Source: a virus (Duplodnaviria; Caudoviricetes). From it: a stretch of 64,000 nt of DNA. Below are positions 9,934 to 20,088 of the stretch, piece by piece. Positions within the stretch are counted from its first letter, which is position 1; every line of letters starts with the position of its first letter. The position numbers and the translations under genes were made by a program. The stretch is from positions 1 to 64,000 of IMG/VR virus record IMGVR_UViG_3300040751_002080. One strand, written 5' to 3'. The notes beneath the pieces were generated by a model that saw only the letters and a program-made list of their open reading frames with translations, did no database searches and had not been told where the DNA came from.

Positions 9934-10424
9934 GACAATATTATACTAACTGCTTTGTCAACTGTAATATACTCAGTAGAAGTCATATTAGGATACTTTT
10001 GTAATATACGTTCAGTTCCTACATATCCAAAATATGTATATTTTAGATTCAATGTTGTATCTAAGTTAACCAAGTCATTGTGTAAAACACGTAATGATTT
10101 TTTTTGTATTTGGTATTCTAGTAAATGTTCATAGTTTTTTAATACTGTTTCATCTTCTGCTATTACACTGCCAACATTTATTATTGTTTTATTAGTATCT
10201 TTAAACATATGAAAAAGATCTAAAAGCATATAAGTTTGTCCAAAGCCATCGTGTGCATTGTTTATAAAAACATCAACATCGTTGCATTGTTTAATAATAC
10301 GTTCTCTGTCAATACGGTTATTAATATCATAACCTGTGCTTTTACTAAATCCAATAAAGTTCGAAACTGAGTTAGATACTGCTTTTCCAATACCAGATGT
10401 ATGTCCTGTTATTGCATATTTCAT
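9930..10424 (-). CDS. Short-chain dehydrogenase/reductase (minimal)
   Basis: AITGHTSGIG, FINNA, IINVGS, YxxxK (YQIQK). Confidence 0.82.
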   Translation of the reverse strand: MKYAITGHTSGIGKAVSNSVSNFIGFSKSTGYDINNRIDRERIIKQCNDVDVFINNAHDGFGQTYMLLDLFHMFKDTNKTIINVGSVIAEDETVLKNYEHLLEYQIQKKSLRVLHNDLVNLDTTLNLKYTYFGYVGTERILQKYPNMTSTEYITVDKAVSIILS

Positions 10425-10993
10425 CTATCACCTAATATTGTAACTACTAAATGAAATCTTTCATCTGTGCTACCGTTAAATGCAGTATGAGGAACAACTG
10501 TGTTTGTCCAGTACCACTGATTTTGTTTTAGATGCTTACTTTCGTTTTCAATAACCATAAAACACCCGTCTTGTGTTTTTATCGGATAATGCAATCTAGG
10601 AGTATCATCGCTATGCCAGGTTAAACAAGTTTTAGGCCTAGAGTTCATTATTCTAATTCTGCCTACATTGTATTTTTTGGTTATGCTGTTGTATACGTCT
10701 TCAAACAACGAATCTTTAAAACCAGTACAAAGTACTTCAAAACTATCTTCTTTTAAAGGAACTGTTCTCGGAGGAACTACTAGCTTTCCTTGTTTGTTTG
10801 TATAAGAATTATCCCAATCTAAAAACAAACTTCCTCTTCCAGTTAAACAGTTACCCGGATCGTCTTTGGTTGCATTTAAACAAATTTGATCATTAATATC
10901 ACTGTGCCACCAAATCTTTTTTTCGTCAAGTAGTTTTAAAAACTCTGTGTACAAATCATATACAGGAAGATTATTAAGTTCGACAAAATTCAT
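10421..10993 (-). CDS. Asp/Asn beta-hydroxylase-like 2OG-Fe(II) oxygenase
   Basis: WHSD..RLHYPI..NTVVPHTAFNGS..RFHLV. Confidence 0.78.
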   Translation of the reverse strand: MNFVELNNLPVYDLYTEFLKLLDEKKIWWHSDINDQICLNATKDDPGNCLTGRGSLFLDWDNSYTNKQGKLVVPPRTVPLKEDSFEVLCTGFKDSLFEDVYNSITKKYNVGRIRIMNSRPKTCLTWHSDDTPRLHYPIKTQDGCFMVIENESKHLKQNQWYWTNTVVPHTAFNGSTDERFHLVVTILGDR

Positions 10994-11715
10994 TTATTTT
11001 CCTTTGTTGTCCATAATATTATACTTTTTTTGTTTTTAGTACCCGAATTTAGATAGGCATCGCTGCAATGAAATCTACATTGATGCCACATCATAAGACT
11101 ATTCTTTTTCCAATCTATTATTTTTTCAATACTCATTCCTTCAAAAAAACTATAATCTTCATGTTGATTTAAATAACGGTCATAATATTCTTTTGTAATA
11201 GTAGTTTCATCTATAAACTCTTTTGAGTTTTTTATTGATTTAGGCTTTAAAAATCCTGTAAAGATATGACGTCTATATTCCCAATCTTGCTCAGGAAAAT
11301 AATATTGGTCAAAAGTTATAGTTGATGCTGCTCCCCAAATACCATCTTCTCCTACAACATCTAAAGGAATACATAGTGTTGCATAAGGTATTGCATTTTC
11401 TCTAACATCAGATAAGTTATGATCAGTATGCGTTGGAACAGGGTTCCCAAGTGTATTTGAAACTACTGACAAATACACATTGTGCGGTCCTATTATATCT
11501 TCTATACGCTTACTAAGTAAGGTATGAAGTTTACTATCATAATATTTAAACTTAGTGTATTGTTGTCCCGAATGTACAACAGGATTATTTCCTTCAAGCT
11601 CAGTTGCTATAGTTTTTATTTTGTCAAACTCATTATTACTAAAAAAGTTTTCAAAAGATTCAGAAGGAATCATTGTTTTGTACTGAGCTTCCATTAATGA
11701 TTTAGAATAATACAT
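10990..11715 (-). CDS. 2OG-Fe(II) oxygenase-like protein
   Basis: THTD..CIPL..TFDQ..RFHCS. Confidence 0.58.
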   Translation of the reverse strand: MYYSKSLMEAQYKTMIPSESFENFFSNNEFDKIKTIATELEGNNPVVHSGQQYTKFKYYDSKLHTLLSKRIEDIIGPHNVYLSVVSNTLGNPVPTHTDHNLSDVRENAIPYATLCIPLDVVGEDGIWGAASTITFDQYYFPEQDWEYRRHIFTGFLKPKSIKNSKEFIDETTITKEYYDRYLNQHEDYSFFEGMSIEKIIDWKKNSLMMWHQCRFHCSDAYLNSGTKNKKSIILWTTKENK

Positions 11716-13140
11716 TTATACACCATTTAGTTGTTTATCTATATATTTATTTACAAACTGTTTTGTATTATCTAAAAGTGTTGTACGAGATACATCTATT
11801 TCATTTACATTTATAAGATCTGCCATTGAACATTGTAAAGATGTACTAAATTCTCCTATTCGAAATCCAGCGACTTTCTTGTACTTAAAAGACCTATCAT
11901 TTAACTCAATTGCTACTTGTTGTAACTCAGTATGCACTAAATCTCCATTTACCCAGTTAACACGATTATCATCTGTAAACTGGTATCCATATTTTTCATA
12001 GTTTCTTTCAAACTCACTTACAAAAGGAGAACCGTCTTCGACATTAACAGGATTAATATATAATGCCCAATGCCACCAGCAACTCATATCATTATCTATC
12101 ATCCATTGTAAATCTATTTCTTCTTGTTCTTTATTCCATCCTGGCAAGCCTACAATCATTCCCATCCACCAGTTTGTTTTATCTTTCCATTCTTTTTTTA
12201 GTTTTAATAAAAAGTCTTTAGCGTTTTGGCCGTTCCATCCTTTTCCTATTGCTTTTGCACCTTGCACTTGAAAAGTTTCAATACCAAAAAAAGCACTACG
12301 CAATCCAGATTCAGGAAGTAAAGTTATCATTTCAGGATTAGCTGCTAATAAATCTATTCTTAAATAAGCAACGTATTCTAACTCAAATGGCAAAGACTTA
12401 CTAATACGATGAATCATTTGTACTTTATCTAAACTTTCGTTAAATGTATCATCGCTAAAATAATACTTGGTAGTACCAAACTGTTGATAGTTTTGTAATA
12501 GTTCTGTACGAATATCTTCTTCACGTCTTATATTAGTTCCTTTTTTTCGACCAATTAAAGGAAACTGACAAAACTTACATTTGAATATACACCCTCTGCT
12601 TATTTCAATACTTAATGTTTCATAAGGCTGAATAAAATCATTATCGTGGTATTTTCGTGTAAAATTTTGTATATTAAATAGTGGACGTACTTCTATTTTG
12701 TTTGACAATCTGTCTAACATTGCAAGTGTTTCGTCTTCTGCAAACTGATGTATACGGATCCAGTCATTGTCATCTATTACACTAGAATATGAATTTGATC
12801 CTCCTAGTATCCATTTAATATTAGGATGTGTTTGTTGAAACCGTTCTTTTAAATACTTTACCCATTTAGGATAGTGGATGCCGCCGATAGTTAACCCATT
12901 ATGCGTGACTACATCAATATTCCAAAAGGTAGTACTTACTCCAAATGCAAGTGTGTCGTCGTCAATGTGTTTTTTTGCAATTTTTTCTATTACGCTGGGT
13001 TCAATTTTAAAACAAAAGTCTATTACTTTTACAGTATAACCAAAAGAACGCAGCCAGGAGGCAAGCTGATATTGTCCTCCTGAACGTACAGCATAGTGCT
13101 CCGGTTCTTGCATTCCTGCAAAAATAATAAAGTTTGCCAT
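11716..13140 (-). CDS. Cobalamin-binding-domain radical SAM protein (class B-like)
   Basis: GQYQLASWLRSFGYTVKVIDF, WILGG, SRGCIFKCKFC, DDTFN, GIET, IVGLPG. Confidence 0.88.
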   Translation of the reverse strand: MANFIIFAGMQEPEHYAVRSGGQYQLASWLRSFGYTVKVIDFCFKIEPSVIEKIAKKHIDDDTLAFGVSTTFWNIDVVTHNGLTIGGIHYPKWVKYLKERFQQTHPNIKWILGGSNSYSSVIDDNDWIRIHQFAEDETLAMLDRLSNKIEVRPLFNIQNFTRKYHDNDFIQPYETLSIEISRGCIFKCKFCQFPLIGRKKGTNIRREEDIRTELLQNYQQFGTTKYYFSDDTFNESLDKVQMIHRISKSLPFELEYVAYLRIDLLAANPEMITLLPESGLRSAFFGIETFQVQGAKAIGKGWNGQNAKDFLLKLKKEWKDKTNWWMGMIVGLPGWNKEQEEIDLQWMIDNDMSCWWHWALYINPVNVEDGSPFVSEFERNYEKYGYQFTDDNRVNWVNGDLVHTELQQVAIELNDRSFKYKKVAGFRIGEFSTSLQCSMADLINVNEIDVSRTTLLDNTKQFVNKYIDKQLNGV

Positions 13141-14252
13141 TATACCTTTCTCTTTGGTATTTTGCTATCAGCACTGCTTACACAACTGTCCGTAATACAA
13201 GGCATAGGCTTATCAAACAGTTTAAACCCTGTTTCAATGTTTCCTAGAGGAACATCGTGGCAACTGTAACTGCGCTTTACACTACCATCAGGTTCACGTA
13301 TAATAATACCTTGATATCCAGCATTGCAACTCCAACCTTTAAACTTGTTGAAGTTAAATGCATTAAAACGTTCTGCTTGATCCATATACCATGCTTTGCC
13401 ATCTTTGTCTCTAAATTCTACTTGCATGTGCCAAGGCACTTTTGCATCAGGCATGTACATCACATCCTTGGGTATATCAAAGTTAGGTCTCGGGCGACCA
13501 CTCCATTTACGCTTGGTTTCAGTGTATGCACGTTGCGGCATACCGTTGTGTAGTCTCTTTAGGTCCTCCGGTTTGTATCCATCAACCACCCTACTAGCAG
13601 TAGGATCTGATTGCGGCTTGAGTGTGACGTTGATTCCTTGCTCGTGGAAGAACAAGGCGTTTTGCCAATCTCTTTCAAACCAATCTGGTACCATGACCAT
13701 ATTAATGGTAACCTGTACATCGTGCTCCTGACAGAAGATTAACTTGTCTGCAAAGTCTTGCATCTTCTCAACTGTATTTAAGTGTTCTGTGTGCAAACTT
13801 GCTGTGATGCTGGCACGATGAAATGGCTTAACAGCTTCTACATACTTTTCAAACCACGCCATGTTGCGACTACAGTTTGATGTCATGTGTACACTGGTGT
13901 AGTTTGTGTTGTTTACGTCATCAGCCAGATGCTGTAGAATATCCAAGTAGCCAGGATGGAAAGTAGGCTCGCCGCCACTAAGACTAAAATGATAACTATT
14001 AAATCCGTTTTCACGTGCTTGCCTCTTTATTTCATCTATGGTCCGTAAGCATAGTTCTGTAGGACGGTGGTCTTTACGGTCACTGCGGGCGTAAGGCCAA
14101 CAGTAGGAGCATTTGTAGTTGCAGAACCTTCCAAGGAGCCAGCTAACAGTAAATATATCGCGATACAACAGGGTACGCTGACCAACACTGACAATGTCGT
14201 CAAAGGGTATTTTAGTAAAGTCATAGTTGGACCATTTTAAATCTTCATTCAT
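13140..14252 (-). CDS. Radical SAM protein with C-terminal Cys module
   Basis: WLLGRFCNYKCSYC, SGGEPT, C-terminal CNAG..SC..C...C. Confidence 0.9.
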   Translation of the reverse strand: MNEDLKWSNYDFTKIPFDDIVSVGQRTLLYRDIFTVSWLLGRFCNYKCSYCWPYARSDRKDHRPTELCLRTIDEIKRQARENGFNSYHFSLSGGEPTFHPGYLDILQHLADDVNNTNYTSVHMTSNCSRNMAWFEKYVEAVKPFHRASITASLHTEHLNTVEKMQDFADKLIFCQEHDVQVTINMVMVPDWFERDWQNALFFHEQGINVTLKPQSDPTASRVVDGYKPEDLKRLHNGMPQRAYTETKRKWSGRPRPNFDIPKDVMYMPDAKVPWHMQVEFRDKDGKAWYMDQAERFNAFNFNKFKGWSCNAGYQGIIIREPDGSVKRSYSCHDVPLGNIETGFKLFDKPMPCITDSCVSSADSKIPKRKV

Positions 14253-14257
14253 ATCTT

Positions 14258-14286
14258 ATTATACCGCATTTTTAGTAATAAGTCAA
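14258..14286 (-). promoter_or_regulatory. Sigma70-type promoter, probably leaderless
   Basis: Minus strand TTGACT-N17-TATAAT. The ATG at 14252 lies 5 nt after the -10. Confidence 0.8.
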
Positions 14287-14288
14287 CT

Positions 14289-15365
14289 TTATAAATGTAT
14301 ATCTCCTAGTAGATTTTTACATTTAAACACACATAGCTCGTATGTTTGTAACTGGTTATTAATATGTTCAAACCAATCTCCATTAATTATATCTTCAAGT
14401 GAATGATAACGAACGTTGTGCGTTTTTGGATCTAAATTAGGAGCTGTTTTCCAAAGTTTATCTAGTTCTCTAGGATTTCCCATCCAACAACATGGAGTTA
14501 CATATCCTTTAGCACTGATATAAATATTACCATCTATGCCATTATGAAACTTAGTTATTCTAGAGTTTAACTTTGCTGGGCAGCGTACACATTCAAGTTG
14601 AGGAGAAGTTTTTTTAAATTCCTTTACTGGAATACCGTCTATTGTATTTGGATTTACGCTTTTATACCATTCTGGAGTTTGTACTTCTTGTTTTTTAACT
14701 TTTTCAGGTTGTTTCTTTTTAGTATCATTATCGGGTAAATCAAGTACATCTGCACGACCAGATTGTATTATTTTAAAATTATAAAAGCCTTCTTCGATTG
14801 ACATTTTTTTTGCATCTTCTATTTGATGTTTGTTATGATCAAACACAATAAATTGCCATTCGGCCCAGCCGCCTGCATTAATATAAGCACGCCAGTTACG
14901 CTGTAGTTTTTTCCAATCAACATGAACTCGATAAATGTGATTAGTATCTTCTAGACCGTCAATTCCAAATACAACTATAATATTTTTAGTTTCTTTTGAT
15001 AGTTTTCCTAGGTTTGTCCAAAACTCTTCATCTCTAGTTCCACCATTTGTTGAAATAGCAACTCTACATTTGATATTTGTTGCAATATATTTTGAAATTT
15101 CTAACATTTGAGGATTTACAGTCGGCTCGTCGACATTTCCGCACATATGTACAATTTCAAGTTTGTCCCATTTATGATTTTTTAACATTTTTTTGATATC
15201 TTTTAGAGTAAACCATGCATCATTTAATCCAAGATCTTTTATTCTTCCATTTTTCCAATCAACATACTGCTCATAACGATCGCACTGAGGACATGCTGCA
15301 TTACAATAGTTTGTTAATTCTAGTTGTATTCTACCTATTTGACTTGTTTCAAACCATTTGTTCAT
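14289..15365 (-). CDS. Radical SAM protein with C-terminal SPASM/twitch-like domain
   Basis: CNAACPQC, MCGNVDEP, STNGG, GYVTPCCW, CVFKC. Confidence 0.88.
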   Translation of the reverse strand: MNKWFETSQIGRIQLELTNYCNAACPQCDRYEQYVDWKNGRIKDLGLNDAWFTLKDIKKMLKNHKWDKLEIVHMCGNVDEPTVNPQMLEISKYIATNIKCRVAISTNGGTRDEEFWTNLGKLSKETKNIIVVFGIDGLEDTNHIYRVHVDWKKLQRNWRAYINAGGWAEWQFIVFDHNKHQIEDAKKMSIEEGFYNFKIIQSGRADVLDLPDNDTKKKQPEKVKKQEVQTPEWYKSVNPNTIDGIPVKEFKKTSPQLECVRCPAKLNSRITKFHNGIDGNIYISAKGYVTPCCWMGNPRELDKLWKTAPNLDPKTHNVRYHSLEDIINGDWFEHINNQLQTYELCVFKCKNLLGDIHL

Positions 15366-16074
15366 ACTTATATCCTCTTTCTTTACTACACATATCTATT
15401 GCCCACGTTCGTTCTATACAAGGAAAACAGTTGTCTCCACAATGTTTATATTCTTCAACTGTGTCAAAAATTCTATCGTCTGCACAACTAATTGTAAGAG
15501 GAAGCAATGTTTCATATATTTCTTCTCTAAAATAAAGACCTATTATAGTTCCTTTATGCTGATCGTTCCATGGACTACAATGTAATATTTTATGTTTTGG
15601 TGCAAGTGTTGTGATCGTATCATGAGATGGAGGGTTATCTCTACCTTTGTCTCTTCCCTCTATATGTTTTTTAGCACATTGAAGTTCTATATTATATTCT
15701 GTTTGAATTTCCTTTGATTCAACCCATTCGATAATATATTCTGCTGGAACATTTATAGTCATTCCAGTATAGATAATGTCAATATTATATTTTTCAACAG
15801 TATCGTCTACACCTTTATCAAGTGCATCAACATAATCAGATTGTGATCCGTATACTACAATGTGTTTTGCTGGTGATTTATTTGTTAGTTCTTCAACTTT
15901 TTTAATAATACGTTTTGCTACATCGGCATACAATGGCTTTTTTTCAGTAACTAATGTTATTGGATATATGTTAGAGTCTGGATAGCATTTGCATACCAAG
16001 TAGTATAGTAAACTACTTTCGGCGCCGCCGGATAACTCAACTGCAATATTTTTAAGATTTTGATTAATGTACAA
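15349..16074 (-). CDS. QueC-like PP-loop ATPase
   Basis: LSGGAESS. C-terminal TISC..HCGDNCFPCIER Zn-type motif. Confidence 0.72.
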   Translation of the reverse strand: MYINQNLKNIAVELSGGAESSLLYYLVCKCYPDSNIYPITLVTEKKPLYADVAKRIIKKVEELTNKSPAKHIVVYGSQSDYVDALDKGVDDTVEKYNIDIIYTGMTINVPAEYIIEWVESKEIQTEYNIELQCAKKHIEGRDKGRDNPPSHDTITTLAPKHKILHCSPWNDQHKGTIIGLYFREEIYETLLPLTISCADDRIFDTVEEYKHCGDNCFPCIERTWAIDMCSKERGYKYEQMV

Positions 16075-17080
16075 AATTTATATCCACTATTTTATCATAT
16101 GAATCATCGGTATCATACAAAGTACCGTCTAACAATACAGCTTGTCGAGAATATTCCCACATAGGATTACCAATACCTAACATCAATCCTCTATTCCAAA
16201 CCGGTATTGGAATATTATACTGTTCATTTAATGCAGTATACATTTCTCCCCAGGCTGCACATGCACAGAATCCAGTTTTATATCCTAGCATAGCAGCAGA
16301 ATGAGCAGCTACACCCGAAGAAATGCCTATACTTGTATGAAAGTTTTTTTCAAAATCGTCATTAAAAGGATCGTCTATTTCACTTTCATCTGCTGGCATA
16401 AAAATCATTAACATTGGTGCAAGAACTTGACCATTACGATGGATAGGTTGATCAAAGTGAGGATTGGTACGATCAACTGCTAAAGAATAACATAATCGGT
16501 TAAAATCTTTATTTGTACTTACTAATAGGCTATAATATTGTCGATTTTGTTTTGATGGCATAGTAGTAGCTGATTGAATTATACTATTATAATCAGCTAT
16601 ACTTACAGGATTATCATAATCCCAGTTGCGCTGACATCTTTCAGCTATAAAACTTGCTTTTTCTATATTCATTTGTGTATACACAGGACCATTAACTAGC
16701 TGAGTTGTTAATTCATTGTACAGGTATTTAATATAATTGATTGCTTGAATTGATACTGAGTCTGCATGTATTTCGCCGCCGCATAGCTCTATTATTTGAT
16801 CTCTTAACATAGTATAACATGCAATCTCAACATCAGTCGATTGCAGTTGTAATGTATTATTTCTATAAAACTCTTCAACTAAAAACTGTATGTTTTCTTT
16901 GTTGTTGAATTTTAATCCATTAATAAATGCATTAATTACAGTACTCAAATCTCTTCTACATTTATTTTCAGCAAATAAACTATCTGTTCTATTAGGATGC
17001 GTATTTTTAATCCACGATGTTATATCCTCGATCATATTTTCTTTATTTTCTAATACTATATTAGCGGCGGCGTAATACAT
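16064..17080 (-). CDS. Nitroreductase-family protein with an N-terminal helical CxRD domain
   Basis: C-terminal CQRNWD, PSKQN, GISSG, KTGFCAC, LMLGIG. The extra ~130-aa N-terminus contains KCRRDL. Confidence 0.75.
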   Translation of the reverse strand: MYYAAANIVLENKENMIEDITSWIKNTHPNRTDSLFAENKCRRDLSTVINAFINGLKFNNKENIQFLVEEFYRNNTLQLQSTDVEIACYTMLRDQIIELCGGEIHADSVSIQAINYIKYLYNELTTQLVNGPVYTQMNIEKASFIAERCQRNWDYDNPVSIADYNSIIQSATTMPSKQNRQYYSLLVSTNKDFNRLCYSLAVDRTNPHFDQPIHRNGQVLAPMLMIFMPADESEIDDPFNDDFEKNFHTSIGISSGVAAHSAAMLGYKTGFCACAAWGEMYTALNEQYNIPIPVWNRGLMLGIGNPMWEYSRQAVLLDGTLYDTDDSYDKIVDINFVH

Positions 17081-18257
17081 TTTTGTTTTCCTTATCTACA
17101 GTTTTTAATATGCGTATTATAGATAAATCTTTATTTTCTTCTTTAACCTCTTCTTGCAGAATTGGTTCTAAGTTCTTTGTGTTTTTATAAAAAATATCTA
17201 ACGCTGTATTAGTATTTAATGCTTTTGGAGAACACAATCCGCAGCCACAATAACTTTTAGGACATTTAATAAAAGGAATCTTACCTTCATTTAGTGTTTT
17301 TTCAAGTTTGTTGTTGATTAGATCAAAGCGGCTTGCTTTGCCAATTGGACCAACTTGACCATCCATATTAACTTGACAAGTTTGATGATGCCATACTCCG
17401 TCAAGTTCACTGTTTATAAAAAGAAAATCCCAGTTAATCATACAGTTCCAACCTTTAAAGTTGTTAGTAGGAACAAAAGATCCTACTGTCCATTTATCAT
17501 CTATACACAAATCAAGTTTTCTTCCGGCACAACATGGGCGACCAATATTTTGTGCCATTTCGCAACTCTTGGCTTTTTTATTTACTGTTTCTTTTTTACC
17601 TCTACTCCAATAGTCTTTGAACCATTGATGTTGTTCTTCTGTATAAATGTGTGCAGATCCATCTTCAACATCTTTAGGATTTCCACTATCACCAATAATT
17701 CTAGGAGTATAACGTACACCAAGTTCATCTAGCCAATCTGCAACAGCGATGCATTCGGCAAAATAATCTTTGTGGAACATCAAGTTTATTCTAAAGTTAT
17801 AATCAGCTTCTTTCATTGCAATAATATTATTACGAACTAGTTTTTCTTCGAGTTTACTTTGCTCGGCATGCCAACTTAATGTACAACTGTCGATGTTATC
17901 AATGATCTGTTGACATTTTTTAGGAGTATAACATCCATTGGTTGTAATATTGGTCTTTACTTTAGGATATTCCTCGTTACAATATTCAATAAAGTCAAAA
18001 AAGTCTGGATTAATAGTTGGTTCGCCGCCTGTAAATGCCAACGTTGTTTTTTTAGGTACTGTACGATACTTGTCATACATTTCACTATACTTAACAACAC
18101 CGTCTAATGTATGTTTAAGAGTTTCAAGTGTAGTGTTAGGTGAAGTTTTATTACTATGATGCGGACCACAATAAGTACAAGCATATGTACATCGTCTTCC
18201 TAAATCCCATACTACATCAAAACTATCATTATCTACTTGATTAATTGCGCTGAACAT
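17061..18257 (-). CDS. Radical SAM protein (paralog of 27761..28915)
   Basis: WDLGRRCTYACTYC, TGGEPT, GRPCC, HQTC, CPKSYCGCGLC. Confidence 0.9.
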   Translation of the reverse strand: MFSAINQVDNDSFDVVWDLGRRCTYACTYCGPHHSNKTSPNTTLETLKHTLDGVVKYSEMYDKYRTVPKKTTLAFTGGEPTINPDFFDFIEYCNEEYPKVKTNITTNGCYTPKKCQQIIDNIDSCTLSWHAEQSKLEEKLVRNNIIAMKEADYNFRINLMFHKDYFAECIAVADWLDELGVRYTPRIIGDSGNPKDVEDGSAHIYTEEQHQWFKDYWSRGKKETVNKKAKSCEMAQNIGRPCCAGRKLDLCIDDKWTVGSFVPTNNFKGWNCMINWDFLFINSELDGVWHHQTCQVNMDGQVGPIGKASRFDLINNKLEKTLNEGKIPFIKCPKSYCGCGLCSPKALNTNTALDIFYKNTKNLEPILQEEVKEENKDLSIIRILKTVDKENKNVLRRR

Positions 18258-18918
18258 CTATTGATCCAAATCCTATTATTGCACGTTTATATTCTACTGA
18301 AGTTTCGGGTAAGTTATTATTACTTAAAAACCAACTGCTACTATGCCAACGTTTTGCATCAAATAACATTGCTGTTCCTATTTTCCATTCATATACACTA
18401 TGAACTTTTAAATCTGCATACTCTTTAGCATATGCTGTATCAGCAGGATTATAACGTTGTACTTCTTTATCGTATTCCCATTTATCTCTATATACAAACA
18501 CTTCGTTATTATCACGATATCGCATTTCGCCTTTTGTATAGATTAACTTTCGAGGAATAGCAGAAACTCTATTATAGTTTACTGTATACGGTTGTTTGCA
18601 TTTCCATTCAAGTGGAATAATCAAACCCACAACTACATGACATTCTATTTTTTCATCCCAAGGCACTGTATCAAAATCGGTATGCAACCCTGCAGGTTCG
18701 CCACTATGAAAGTAATCAAAATGCCAATCATTAAAATTTCCTGTAAGATTATTTGCAAAATCACGTAAGTTATTTTTAATATCTTTAGGAACCGCACAAA
18801 AATAATTAAAGTTTTTTGTACCAGTTAGTTTTATATCTGATGTACTAAACATCTTATTTGCTAACTCTTTATGAAAATTTATATCTAAATCAATGTTGTG
18901 TGTACCAAAATTATACAT
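18241..18918 (-). CDS. 2OG-Fe(II) oxygenase-like protein
   Basis: LHTD..IIPL..FDAKRWHSS. Confidence 0.58.
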   Translation of the reverse strand: MYNFGTHNIDLDINFHKELANKMFSTSDIKLTGTKNFNYFCAVPKDIKNNLRDFANNLTGNFNDWHFDYFHSGEPAGLHTDFDTVPWDEKIECHVVVGLIIPLEWKCKQPYTVNYNRVSAIPRKLIYTKGEMRYRDNNEVFVYRDKWEYDKEVQRYNPADTAYAKEYADLKVHSVYEWKIGTAMLFDAKRWHSSSWFLSNNNLPETSVEYKRAIIGFGSIDVQRN

Positions 18919-18919
18919 A

Positions 18920-19459
18920 TTACTTCCTTATTATAAACGAGCCTTTGCATTTATCAACTATTTTATGATCACATATTACTTTTTCAATTATTGGGCCATA
19001 TTTTTTATGGGTTAAGTTTCTTCCTATAATAATACCATTGTCCTTTAAAAACGAAAATGCTTTATTATAAGAGCTTTTCCAATCTACACTACTACTTACC
19101 AGTCCCATACTTATAATATCATATTTTTGAGAGGTTTCAAAATTTTCAAAATATACCTCATGTGTTTCTGCATAAGGACAGTGTGATTTAAACATATCAA
19201 CGGTTATAACTTCTTTTAAGTTTCCAGGATCAAAATATCCTTTTTCCCAGTCAACTTGTAATCTTACATTTTCTTGCTCCCACGGATCGACTGCTGTATA
19301 TTTCCATTTAGGATGACTATCATAAAGATAGGAAAATAGTCTTCCATTTGCTGAACCAACTTCTAAAATATTTCCAACAGGAGATGCCATTTGTTTTTTT
19401 ACAAACTCCATTTCCTGCAAACTAATCCATCCTTCAGTTATCATGTCTTTAATCTCCAA
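18920..19459 (-). CDS. Class I SAM-dependent methyltransferase
   Basis: ILEVGSANG, VDP, YDII, LKDNGII. Confidence 0.78.
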   Translation of the reverse strand: MEIKDMITEGWISLQEMEFVKKQMASPVGNILEVGSANGRLFSYLYDSHPKWKYTAVDPWEQENVRLQVDWEKGYFDPGNLKEVITVDMFKSHCPYAETHEVYFENFETSQKYDIISMGLVSSSVDWKSSYNKAFSFLKDNGIIIGRNLTHKKYGPIIEKVICDHKIVDKCKGSFIIRK

Positions 19460-20088
19460 CTTAATGAATCTTCATCATAATACCTATCGCTTTCTGGTAT
19501 ATGTTTCCAACGGGTTCCGTCTATAACAAAACTTCCTTTTTCACTGTCTAATATGATATATTTTTTTATAGCATATGCAATCGAATATTTTACACCAGGA
19601 TGACCGTCTGGTCTATTAATTGCCCCAGTGCGATCGTATATATTTCTTCCTATAATAACTCCGCCGGGTTTTAATAGTGTAAATGCTTTGTTATAAACGC
19701 TTGGCCAATCTACGTTAGGATTATTCATACCCATACTAATAACATCAAACTTCTTATCAGTTTCAAACTCTTCAAAGTCACAAGCATGATGTTCAGCAAA
19801 AGGTATATTATTCTGTAACATTTCATTAGTCACACGTGGTCCACGATTTCCATCGAGCCAATATCGTTTATTATAATCAAGTTGTATATGTACTTCTCTT
19901 GCGTGTAACGGGTCAACACTTACATAGTTCCATTGTCTATGTCGACTATATAAAAAATCAAACAATCTTCCTACTGCACTACCTGTTTCGAGTATATCAC
20001 CTGTATCAGATTTCATCCATTTACTTACTAAACCGCATTCTTTTCTGCTTATCCAGCCATCTAATAACGGTGCTTCGTTGCTTATCAT
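19441..20088 (-). CDS. Class I SAM-dependent methyltransferase (tandem paralog of 18920)
   Basis: ILETGSAVG, VDP, FDVI, LKPGGVI. Start moved to the ATG at 20088, which forms an ATGA overlap with the upstream stop. Confidence 0.78.
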   Translation of the reverse strand: MISNEAPLLDGWISRKECGLVSKWMKSDTGDILETGSAVGRLFDFLYSRHRQWNYVSVDPLHAREVHIQLDYNKRYWLDGNRGPRVTNEMLQNNIPFAEHHACDFEEFETDKKFDVISMGMNNPNVDWPSVYNKAFTLLKPGGVIIGRNIYDRTGAINRPDGHPGVKYSIAYAIKKYIILDSEKGSFVIDGTRWKHIPESDRYYDEDSLSWRLKT

